This document shows, in pieces, positions 33,471 through 42,691 of a stretch of DNA of 64,000 nt. The notes beneath the pieces are model-generated. The model saw only the letters and a program-made list of their open reading frames with translations, ran no database searches and had not been told where the DNA came from. The stretch lies in assembly GCA_051599415.1 (NCBI GenBank), contig AP039690.1:372001-436000 (forward strand), written 5' to 3'. The first letter of the stretch is position 1. Every line of letters begins with the position of its first letter. Position numbers and translations under genes: made by a program. This DNA is from Savitreella phatthalungensis (lineage: Eukaryota).

Positions 33471-34757
33471 TCAAACAGCCGGCAGTGATAGATGCCATTG
33501 AAGAGTCAACATGGCGTTGTCAGAACCTGGCGGAGCTTGACTAGCAGGGCTAGCTGCGACCAATCCGGTCGTCCGATCAGCAAGTCTTGCTTGGAATTCC
33601 CGCTCCATGCGTCGTCGACGTCCAAGCTGCCTAGACCGGAGGGTCAAGATCGCTTTGTCGCCAGGACGATCTCCGGATCTGCCAAGCAGCGGCGGATGCA
33701 CACGAATTACTTCCTCTCCAGCAGCGGCATCGGTCGAAGTGGTAGAGCGCTCTAGGTCTGCGGCCGATGGACGGCGCAGCGTGCAAGCATTCGACCCGAC
33801 CGCTGGCCTATGGAGGCCACATGGACTAATCCGAATTTCGATTTGCGCGTCTTCTTCTTCGTGGTGGAACTCGTGTAGATTTGGTCTGATGCGAAGTGAT
33901 GCAGGACTTCCTGATGCTTGGCACGCAACTAAGTGAAAACCTCTTGCTCGTAAATCAGCAGAGGCTAATTCTTTCGCTGCCTGCACAACTGGAATGGCAA
34001 TCGTGCAGACGCACGTTCCAGAGAGCGCTTTTTCCCAACGCAGGTTAGGCGCATTGCATCGAGTCTTGCATCTCTCAGACGACTCGCACTTTGGAATGCT
34101 GACACATAGTTCGCCTTTCAGGTGCCTGTGACTGAAGACATCGTGGTCGATTGCGTACACAGCTCGCTTTGCCAAGCCTAGAGCAAGCTGAAGTTCTGCG
34201 GGTGCGAGATTTGCCAGACGACTAGATGGGCGTGGCGGTGCTCGAGCAACTGTGGTTCGACGTCGTGCATTCGGCGATTGAGTGGGCAATTCATGCTGTA
34301 AATCCTTGAGCCTGCTGACCGTATGTGCATTGAGTCGTGAGTTACACGGCTGCAGAACGTCCTCCAGTGATGCTGCAGGTGTCTCCGCCTCAGATGGTAG
34401 CGCACAATAGCAGCCAAGATTGAAAGAGGTACTGGACCCGCGCAGTCGAGACGCTAAATATCGCCGCGCGATGTCATCCCTGACAACCTTCGCCCAATTT
34501 GCCACCTGTAGTGCCCGGACCAGCCGATAGAGCTCGCGCCCGAGCATTTTAAGCTCGATAAGGCTATGTCGACAAGAAGCGCAGAGAGCTCGAGCATGGA
34601 AGCCCGCCGAATACAAGAACGAGCCAGTCTGTCCAGCTCGCTCAGTCGATCCTGTTGACGCCTGGCCGTGGTCGTCATCTCCTGCCGGCGGATGCCGCGG
34701 TTGAAGACACATCCTACTGACAATAGAACACGTCAACCAGTATTCACCGCTTGCCAC
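33471..34757 (-). CDS. Hypothetical protein (orphan, start uncertain)
   Basis: 428-codon open frame not overlapping any recognised gene; no family motif recognised. Confidence 0.45.
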   Translation of the reverse strand: MASGEYWLTCSIVSRMCLQPRHPPAGDDDHGQASTGSTERAGQTGSFLYSAGFHARALCASCRHSLIELKMLGRELYRLVRALQVANWAKVVRDDIARRYLASRLRGSSTSFNLGCYCALPSEAETPAASLEDVLQPCNSRLNAHTVSRLKDLQHELPTQSPNARRRTTVARAPPRPSSRLANLAPAELQLALGLAKRAVYAIDHDVFSHRHLKGELCVSIPKCESSERCKTRCNAPNLRWEKALSGTCVCTIAIPVVQAAKELASADLRARGFHLVACQASGSPASLRIRPNLHEFHHEEEDAQIEIRISPCGLHRPAVGSNACTLRRPSAADLERSTTSTDAAAGEEVIRVHPPLLGRSGDRPGDKAILTLRSRQLGRRRRMEREFQARLADRTTGLVAASPASQAPPGSDNAMLTLQWHLSLPAV

Positions 34758-35124
34758 ACCATGATGAGTCCCTTCGTTTGAAAAGAAGCCATGCTGGCGA
34801 CCATCTCGAAAAATTGAGCAACCACGCTTTGACCTGCTTCTTCTTCCAACAGGTCAAACGAAAGCTGTCGCTGCCGACGCCCTAGCAAAGCGCGCTAGTG
34901 TTCGCACCAACACAGTAATGCTGCTGCTCAGAGTCATTGCAGGCCGCTACATTCCCATCAAGACAGCATTTCTCAGAAAGCAGCGCCGCCTTTGGTGAAA
35001 GGCGACCTTCATGAGTGGGTGAACAGCTGCAGCAGAAGCAAGAGCATTGAGGCCGACTTTTCATGCTTTGACCGCTTACTTCCGGCACTTTAAGGTTGAG
35101 CGACGACGGTGGCTGATGCTGAAG

Positions 35125-35712
35125 TCAGCGCTTGGGATTTAGCAGATAGCAGTAGTGAAATATGTCCGGTTCATTTGGTTCAGACTTCGGCAGTTGAAAC
35201 TTCTTCAGGGTCATGACACTGAATGGAAGCTCATCAGACAGGTCGAATCTTGAACACGAGTAGCTGCAACAAATCCAGATTCCCTGCGAAGAGAGCACTC
35301 GACTGACCTCACGAGCCATAGCAAGCACAGCATCGTCGCCGGCACATGAGACAGCGTCCGCAGTGCTTTTGTCGATAACCACATCAACTGTGCCAGTCCA
35401 ATTTGCCGGCAAGCGCGTCACGTCTGCTTGTGAATAGTGGTGCAGTACATCTCCAAATTCCAGGAGCTCCATCTGTCGCCCATGATCTAGGGCTTTCTGT
35501 GCAAAGTCGACGTTTCGAACGTCCAGATGTCCATCATGACGTAGGCAAACGTGCAGGTTGCTCGTGCCTGAGCCGAGATGTAACACGCGTGACTGAGGTT
35601 GGAGCAGATGCTTCACAGATAAAAAGATTTGCTCAGATGATACAAGCCAGTCGAAGGCTTGCTCACGATCGAATCGTTGTTCCCAATATGACTTCCGGTG
35701 GAAGTCCGCCAT
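35125..35712 (-). CDS. Class I SAM methyltransferase, EEF1AKMT4/METTL13 N-terminal-like
   Basis: DFHRKSYWEQRF...FDWL, motif I VLHLGSGTS, NVDF, ADVT, DVVIDKSTADA, RVLSSQGIW. Confidence 0.85.
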   Translation of the reverse strand: MADFHRKSYWEQRFDREQAFDWLVSSEQIFLSVKHLLQPQSRVLHLGSGTSNLHVCLRHDGHLDVRNVDFAQKALDHGRQMELLEFGDVLHHYSQADVTRLPANWTGTVDVVIDKSTADAVSCAGDDAVLAMAREVSRVLSSQGIWICCSYSCSRFDLSDELPFSVMTLKKFQLPKSEPNEPDIFHYCYLLNPKR

Positions 35713-35741
35713 GGGAAAAGAGATGGTTGGGCGCAAATTCC

Positions 35742-35984
35742 TCAAGATTCTCGCTCTAGCTCAGCCCAAGCAGCGTCTGCTTTGCGCTTACGCTCCGCAG
35801 CCTTGCCCTGATTGACTCGCTGTCTCTCAAGCCTCTCTGCTCGCAAGCACAAAGTCAGATCCTTCTTGATGCCGTTGCACTGACCGCCGAAGCGTGCTAA
35901 GAAGCCTGCTTTGTGACACTCTTCGAGCGCATTGATGAGCTCAAGACAGTCTTGATGCTTATGATGGGCAAGAGGAGGATGCAT
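35742..35984 (-). CDS. CMC2: Twin CX9C cytochrome c oxidase assembly protein Cmc2
   Basis: MHPPL...C-X9-C...FGGQCN...LTLCLRAER, 80 aa. Confidence 0.9.
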   Translation of the reverse strand: MHPPLAHHKHQDCLELINALEECHKAGFLARFGGQCNGIKKDLTLCLRAERLERQRVNQGKAAERKRKADAAWAELERES

Positions 35985-36571
35985 GTGAGTGGACAGACCG
36001 AGGAAGCACGGAACAAGGAAGCTTCAAGCCAGGACAGTCCCTTGAATTGCTTGACGCTATTTTCCACCCCTTCAAATGCGTGGTGTACAATCACCAAATT
36101 TGGTCTGTGCATAGTATAAGGATATGTGCATCACAATCTCCAAGTCTCAAGATGTCTCGATGGCTCTAACGTCTGATGGGATAAGGTAAGCGCCACAATT
36201 ATGGCTGAGCTTCAAACCTGCATTTGCATTCGTTTCTGTTCAAGACTAGGATCCTTGTTCTTTGGAAGTAGAGTCTAACAAGGTGTGAAATAATTGAATT
36301 GTATATCACGAAAGTGGATTTGAATTTAGATTAGATTCAATTCATTTGAAGAGTAGCCTGAAGCTACACCGGGGATTCAGGCTGGCTCTAAGCTGCATTC
36401 ATGCAAGCACGAGAATCCTGGACGAAATCCACACTGCACACTGCCGGGCGACAACGGGCACGGGCACGGGCACAGAGGACAAACTACAGGCAAGGCCAGG
36501 CAACAGCTTGAAGAGTCCTTCTAATCACACTTTTACAAGCGCATCCTAGTCAAGCAATCAGCACACATACA

Positions 36572-36850
36572 ATGGCCGTAAGTCCGCTTCTGGCTCTTCG
36601 GAGAGATCGACTGACAAAGGTAGGGTGTCGGAACCACAATTTACAGCACGCTTTTCAAGCGCAACTCTGTCTTCGTCGGCACAATCTTCGCGACAGGTTT
36701 TGTCTTCAAGATGTAAGCCATCCAGACCTCCTTTGTGATCTGACTCTGACATTCTACAGTGCATTCGATATGGGTACATCTGCTTTGTACGACCGCGCAA
36801 ACGCTGGCAAGCAATGGAAGGACATTCGCCATCGCTATGTGGAGAACTAA
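36572..36850 (+). CDS. QCR9: Cytochrome bc1 complex subunit 9; exons 36572-36577, 36624-36712, 36760-36850
   Basis: Two GTAAG...CTGAC...YAG introns (46 and 47 nt). Spliced product is 61 aa: MAGVGTTIYSTLFKRNSVFVGTIFATGFVFKIAFDMGTSALYDRANAGKQWKDIRHRYVEN. Confidence 0.95.
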   Translation: MAVSPLLALRRDRLTKVGCRNHNLQHAFQAQLCLRRHNLRDRFCLQDVSHPDLLCDLTLTFYSAFDMGTSALYDRANAGKQWKDIRHRYVEN

Positions 36851-37241
36851 GAAGGAAGAGCTTCCATCGCTTTGGAGGCCTGCTTCGATACTACCTGCAT
36901 TTTTGTCAATACCAATCGCTAGACACAAACACTTCAAGCTCTGATCAACACAACTGTCACCGATGTGCGTACTCCGTCGCGATATCCTCGTTTTGTCATG
37001 TGTTTGTGACAGCAGCAAACCCAGCCTGTCACAGCCTGTAACCGCATCTGCCTCAGCAAGAGCCCGATGAGCAGGAGTGAAAAGCTGCCGAGTGTGACGT
37101 TGTACGATTCGCGTCAGCCAAGCAAATCCTCCGACATTTTGCGCAACGGATCGAACCACATACCAGAGGTATGAATAGTGGGAGGTGTGCCCCAGCCAGC
37201 CAGCCAAAAAGTCACACGGAACTCAGTCTTCACAAAGAGGC

Positions 37242-37770
37242 ATGCAGCTCAACATCCTTGTACCCATGGCTCTTACGGGCGTTATTGCCGTTGCAGCCGA
37301 CAAAATCCACGGTCACGAGGTTCCTGCAGATTGTGTGGCAGCATACAAGGCGGCTTTCGAACCAGAGCAGATCCGTACGGACAAGTTTGTCGCACTTGCG
37401 GCTTCTGTCCAGAGCCCAGCAGATGTAAGTCCAGGGTCGCTACAGCACGACTCTTGACCGATTACTGACTACTTTACAGGCAAAGGATCGTATCAGCAAG
37501 GCTGCCGAAGCGCTCAAAGCCTACCAGGACGTACTCAAGAAGGTCGATGCCAATCTCGCGGATCCGATCCCGGAGGACGACAAAACGGCACTCAAGAAAG
37601 CGCAGGCTGGTACTGCCGACGTTGCAGACGCTCTCGCACAGATCACCACACTCGATGATGCACAGGTGAAGAAGGCGCTTGCAGACTTCACTGCTGCTCG
37701 TCGCGCGGAGATGGCAGCGACAAGTGATGTCGTCAAGAAGTGCCCTGCCAACGTTGACCTCGAGAGCTAG
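37242..37770 (+). CDS. Small putatively secreted helical protein, 157 aa; exons 37242-37424, 37480-37770
   Basis: Signal-peptide-like MQLNILVPMALTGVIAVAA. Phase-0 intron 37425-37479 (GTAAGT...TACTGAC...CAG). Exon 2 is open to TAG at 37770. Two Cys. Confidence 0.8.
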
Positions 37771-37870
37771 TTATCTGGATTCTCTCCATCGTTTCGTGAT
37801 TGATCAACACGTCAATGACCCGGCGTAGATGAACTCATGCGTGATCAATCACCTGCGTCTTGCTTGCTGT

Positions 37871-37921
<51 letters not shown>

Positions 37922-37922
37922 C
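37871..37922. repeat. (CTGC)x13 microsatellite
   Basis: 13 perfect tetranucleotide units. Confidence 0.97.
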
Positions 37923-38101
37923 ATTCACCCGTGCATACTTGGATGATGTGCTGGTGCATCAGTTTGATCTTTTTCGTTTTGAAGGCATTTGGTCAACGGA
38001 TCACATCTGAAACTCGATCCCGCATACGTATCATATCATACACGAGCTATAAAGTTGGCTTGGCTGTCGACCTTCGCAGGACTCTAGCGCGCTTTCTATG
38101 C

Positions 38102-39160
38102 ATGGTCTCACAGGCGCCAAGCGGCGACTCAAATGAGACCCGCGAGGAGCCGCCAGCAGGCATCGCTTTCGCTGTCAGCAGTTCTGTTGTCTACAGACCA
38201 GCGCTCATCACAAGGCGTTCGACAACAAGGACCACGCGCGCAATCAGCGCAAGCACGCCAACTACTGATGCTACAGGCGCGCACGAGCATCCATTGTGGC
38301 GTCCCGAAGACCTCGACCGTTTAGACATAGGAGGCTCATCTACAGCGCATTCGAAGCATCAGAACGACAGCCAGTGCAAAGATGAGGTGATCGAGGCTGA
38401 GGAGAAGAATACCGTCGAGGTCTACGTACACCGTGTGCGGCGGGATGACAGTCTTGCCAGGATTATACTCACTTACGGTATCGCAGAAAGCGTGTTGAAA
38501 CGGTGCAATCGGATTTGGTCATCTGACGTCTTTCCCAGCGTGCTTCTACTCCCAGTTGAGCATTGCAAGTCTCGCGAAACGAAGCTGCTCGATATTGACG
38601 ATGATCAAGACAGATCAAGTCGAACAGGTATCAAGGGGCATCACCGCGCGGAATCTGCTCCTGCAGTAACACTAGAGCACGCTCGACTGAAAGCTCAGGC
38701 AAACACAGCAGTGACTACGCCGCGAACACAACTAACGATCCACCGGACTGTTACGATTACTGGCGTCGGAGAAGTCGATGTAGCTCGCGTCGCTAGATCG
38801 AGTCTGACATACTTTCCACCGGCCAAGAACAAAGACCGCGGCGAGCTGCGTGCAGGCAGATACAGCAGTCTCGCACGAGTGAGCATGGAACGGGAACGAA
38901 GCTTCAACGGTGCCCAATCAGGGCATCAGACTGCTGGCCAGTGGAATGAGTTTTCCAACTCGATGCCAGAATTAAGCCCAGCACGTCTTCTCGTGCCGGC
39001 AGTGAAAAGTCCACGGGCGAGCTTTGAGAGCGTCAGATCCACAGGAAGTGCATCCGCAGCTGCACATCTACTAGAAAACGCTTACAATGGCACGCATAAG
39101 ATGATCAAGCGATTCAAGGACCGAAAGATCCCTCAAGAGATCGATCTGATAGAGCTGTAA
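38102..39160 (+). CDS. LysM (CBM50) domain protein without signal peptide
   Basis: YVHRVRRDDSLARIILTYGIAESVLKRCNRIWSSD...LLLPV LysM-like motif; LTYFPP block. Start set at ATG 38102. Confidence 0.75.
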   Translation: MVSQAPSGDSNETREEPPAGIAFAVSSSVVYRPALITRRSTTRTTRAISASTPTTDATGAHEHPLWRPEDLDRLDIGGSSTAHSKHQNDSQCKDEVIEAEEKNTVEVYVHRVRRDDSLARIILTYGIAESVLKRCNRIWSSDVFPSVLLLPVEHCKSRETKLLDIDDDQDRSSRTGIKGHHRAESAPAVTLEHARLKAQANTAVTTPRTQLTIHRTVTITGVGEVDVARVARSSLTYFPPAKNKDRGELRAGRYSSLARVSMERERSFNGAQSGHQTAGQWNEFSNSMPELSPARLLVPAVKSPRASFESVRSTGSASAAAHLLENAYNGTHKMIKRFKDRKIPQEIDLIEL

Positions 39161-40343
39161 GCGAATAGATGCAGACATCAGTCATGTACAGTATTTAAGA
39201 TTCCGAGATTATCAGCAGTCTAGCCTACGTCATTGAACATGTGCTCACAGCTCGTGCATCGTCAGCGTTGCACATCATGTCAAATGACCTTTGGAGTCCT
39301 GACTCACGATGTGCATTGTGCTATCACTGACGCATATATCTGCAACATATGATCGCTTCGCTCATCGCTCGGATCGGCCGGTAAATACGAGTCGGGCCAA
39401 TCGCCAGCATGGAATGATGCTTTGGCTGTACAACGCACACGCGACGATAAGCTCGGAAACTAAATAGGAACTTTTGTGAGGTCGAAACGATCAACCGCGG
39501 GTTGAAGCTCAATCGCCTGGCGTTTTACTTAGTCGGTGTGCCTACCGACGGCAGAAGTGCTTTTCAAGTCTTGTTCGTATTCATTGCCCCACTTGATAGA
39601 CTTTCCCCGTGTCTGCTCCCCTAAACGGCAAGTTTTTGCTGGTAGAATTCCCGCAGCAGGAAGCAGGTTGTGCCTGGGAGCACCACTCAAACTAGCTGAG
39701 CTCGCGCAAATAGTTGATGACGTTGAAGTCAAGCACGGGTCGCTGGAAAAATATCGCCAAGCTGAGGTTCAAAATGTGTGTCAAAGCGGAACTCCGTGTC
39801 CCTGCCCAGAGCTCGTCTAAGTACACCATTTGACCGGCGTCAGGCATTAGGTCTCGAGCTCTGTTCCCAGAAACGGGACATGGAATTATTCATCATTCTT
39901 GAGTAAACCCGTTCCTGCTTGGACTTCCTTCGGCATCCACGCCGATGGATACCGTTGTCTAAGTGTCAGTGTAGCAATTATAGCACTTGCAAGGTACTTC
40001 CGTCCGCGCTGAGACCGACGATCTCTTGACACTTTCCCTACGTCTGCGATCAGTCTCACTAGGCATTCTGTTCCTCGAGACACATCGCTGTTAGCTGATC
40101 CTCATGATCGGTGCGCGTTCCCGATCCATTGACATTTGCTGACGAGCCACGCCCTGGGTCACGCTGTCGACGAACTATCGGTCACGCGAATCGTTTGACC
40201 AGCAACACTTCCTGCCACATTCGGAGTGTTCTTTACGGTGATCTCTAGCGAACTTTACCGTCGAACCCGGGTCGTGTGAGTTTGACTTCGTCCTGACACA
40301 TCAGCTGCTTCGCCTTCATAAGGTTCTCCTCCGCAGCAGGCCG

Positions 40344-42074
40344 ATGGTCGGTGTTGAAGATCGACTTGATTCCTCGAGGGACAACGCAGAGAAGACTGGA
40401 TCGGTGAGTCCTCCTTCGATGGCAGTCCAGGATGACTCGGACAGATTTCACGACAATACGGATATTGCTCAGACAGGCTACGCTTTAAGTTTTCAGCAGC
40501 CGACCGGTTCTGCGCGTCCCGAGCTGGCTAGCCCGGGCATCGAGCTTACTCAAGTAGACGAACAGAAGCATGGCAAAGTGCAGGCAAAGGGCGCGCGCGA
40601 TACAAAACTGGGCTTACCGAGCACGCTCAGCATGGCCACGAATTCTTCGAATGACAGCATCGAGCGGGAGACTCGACCCTCGGCAAAAGACGCTAAACTC
40701 GCCGTTGCAAGCGCGTGGCTAGCATTCTTCGTCTTTGGCACATCCGATGGTGCAATTGGTGCGTGTCTCATCTATATGCAGAGCTACTATGATATCACCT
40801 ATACGAAAGTCTCGCTGGTATTCCTCCTGCAGGTTCTTGGATATGGTGCCATGAGCTTCCTCAACAACTCGCTCCTCAATTACGTCGGCCGGCGGTGGTC
40901 GTCGCTCTTTGGCAACATGCTGCTCGTCATCGGCTTTTCGATTATCGCCGCAGGTCCGCCGTTTGCGGCTGTGGCCGTCGCATTTGTCATGCTTGGATTT
41001 GCTGCTGGAGTCTATGAGAGTATGTACAACGCTTTCCTTGGTACATTCAGAGAGTCGGCTGTTCTGCTTGGCTGCTTGCATGGCTTTTATGGTCTAGGTG
41101 CAGCAGTTTCTCCCATTCTTGCAACCCAGATGATCGTGCATGGTATCACATGGCACTACTACTACTTCCTGTTACTCGGCCTCGGAATCGTTAATGTGAT
41201 CATTGCTCTGCCTGGTATGTGGCGGTACACACCCGAGGTCATGCAAAAAGACATCAGCCAAGCGAAGCGGCTACGTCAGGAAATGGAGAAGGACATACTC
41301 ACAGCAGCTTCGACCATCGAAATTGTTTCCCTGGCGCAGCTGAAGAAGCCAACCGCCAAATCTAGCATTTCGGCAGAACCAGGTCATGATGAGCTCGTCC
41401 TTGGGACGCCTCTTGCTAATGTCACAACCGCGCAAGCTAGCACACTTCACAAGAGATCCATCTTGCGGCGAGCTTTCAGTGAGCGATTCTGTCTCGTTGG
41501 CGCAGCGTACATGTTCCTCTACCTGGGACTGGAAATCGGTACTGGCGGTTGGATTGTTGCATACCTCCATCGTATCCGTGGCGGCAGTGAGTCAGCCATG
41601 GGCTTTGTCAATTCTGGCTACTGGCTTGGCCTGACGGCTTCACGATTCCTGCTTGCGGTGCCTTCGGATCGCCTTGGTCACTGGTACGCCACTCAGCTCT
41701 GGATGGCTCTTGCCCTTGTTTTCGTCCTGGTCTTTTGGCTGGCGAAGCCGGTCGCGGCCGCATCGACAGCAGTATGCCTGATGGGCTTCATGATTGGCCC
41801 AACTTTCCCAAACATCATGTCCCTCGCCACAAAAAACTTGCCAGAGGACCTACACGTCGCAGGAATCGGCGTTGTGGCATCAATGGGTTCTGTTGGTGGC
41901 GCAGTCCTGCCATTCCTCATCGGTATTCTCGCCACAGCAAAATCACCCAAAGTGGTGCCGTACGTGCTGACAGCTCTAAACATTGGATGCCTCATCGTTT
42001 GGACATTCCTACCGGGCAGAGAAGTTGGTCCACTTCTCCGCCGTTACAAATTTGTCTCGGACAAGCTCAAGTAG
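40344..42074 (+). CDS. Major facilitator superfamily transporter (Bsc6/fucose-permease-like)
   Basis: About 12 hydrophobic segments; GTSDGAIG, LHGFYGLGAAVSP, FLYLGLEIGTGGW, GYWLGLTASR, GFMIGPTFP. Confidence 0.9.
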   Translation: MVGVEDRLDSSRDNAEKTGSVSPPSMAVQDDSDRFHDNTDIAQTGYALSFQQPTGSARPELASPGIELTQVDEQKHGKVQAKGARDTKLGLPSTLSMATNSSNDSIERETRPSAKDAKLAVASAWLAFFVFGTSDGAIGACLIYMQSYYDITYTKVSLVFLLQVLGYGAMSFLNNSLLNYVGRRWSSLFGNMLLVIGFSIIAAGPPFAAVAVAFVMLGFAAGVYESMYNAFLGTFRESAVLLGCLHGFYGLGAAVSPILATQMIVHGITWHYYYFLLLGLGIVNVIIALPGMWRYTPEVMQKDISQAKRLRQEMEKDILTAASTIEIVSLAQLKKPTAKSSISAEPGHDELVLGTPLANVTTAQASTLHKRSILRRAFSERFCLVGAAYMFLYLGLEIGTGGWIVAYLHRIRGGSESAMGFVNSGYWLGLTASRFLLAVPSDRLGHWYATQLWMALALVFVLVFWLAKPVAAASTAVCLMGFMIGPTFPNIMSLATKNLPEDLHVAGIGVVASMGSVGGAVLPFLIGILATAKSPKVVPYVLTALNIGCLIVWTFLPGREVGPLLRRYKFVSDKLK

Positions 42075-42691
42075 TGCTTTCGTACCGACATTTGACGAAA
42101 CTGCTCATGGACGACATCCCCTTTACACCATCACGATTCGCACATACACATAGACATATCACTGCATATCTCTCTACACGACTCACGTCAAATAACGATG
42201 TTTATACTAACCGGCGCCTGCGTTGTCACCGTCCCTTCACAGACCGGAACCACCACTATGGCGTCCATGCCAATGCCTTAAATTCCCTTGTGTGTTTTGT
42301 CCGGATTGTTTATATTCGTGGCGTCAGCCTTAACAATGGCTCAATCTTAAGCTGACCGGGGCCAGCCAAGTACTGGGACAAGTTGCACAGCCGTGGGCTA
42401 GCAGTATAGGCCTGGCTAAACAAGTCTCCTTTATAATTCCTGGAGTCCACAACAAGATTGATTGCATGATGCAAATTCACGCGTCGTGGCACTATAGGAC
42501 AATGACATCCTCTTTGTACATGTGAAGGAGCCGCGGATCATACTCGACACATTGTGCCTGGAACACTGATGCCTTGCGGCGTCTGGTCACGAGTTTGAAT
42601 GTGCGTGGTTGCTTGAGGGAATGCGGTCACAACAACATCGGCCATGACACCAAATTAGATCTAATACGCGCACACACAAAACATACAGGCA

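Noticed and set aside
39838..39898. Minus-strand ATGATGA...CTGA resembling a C/D box snoRNA
   Set aside because: No terminal stem and no convincing rRNA-complementary guide; the same bases form better + strand stems.
42674..42680. CACAAAA, an Ndt80 MSE-like core upstream of the kinesin
   Set aside because: Only about 12 nt from the ATG, and a 7-mer expected by chance; no enrichment seen upstream of HEI10 or MUS81.
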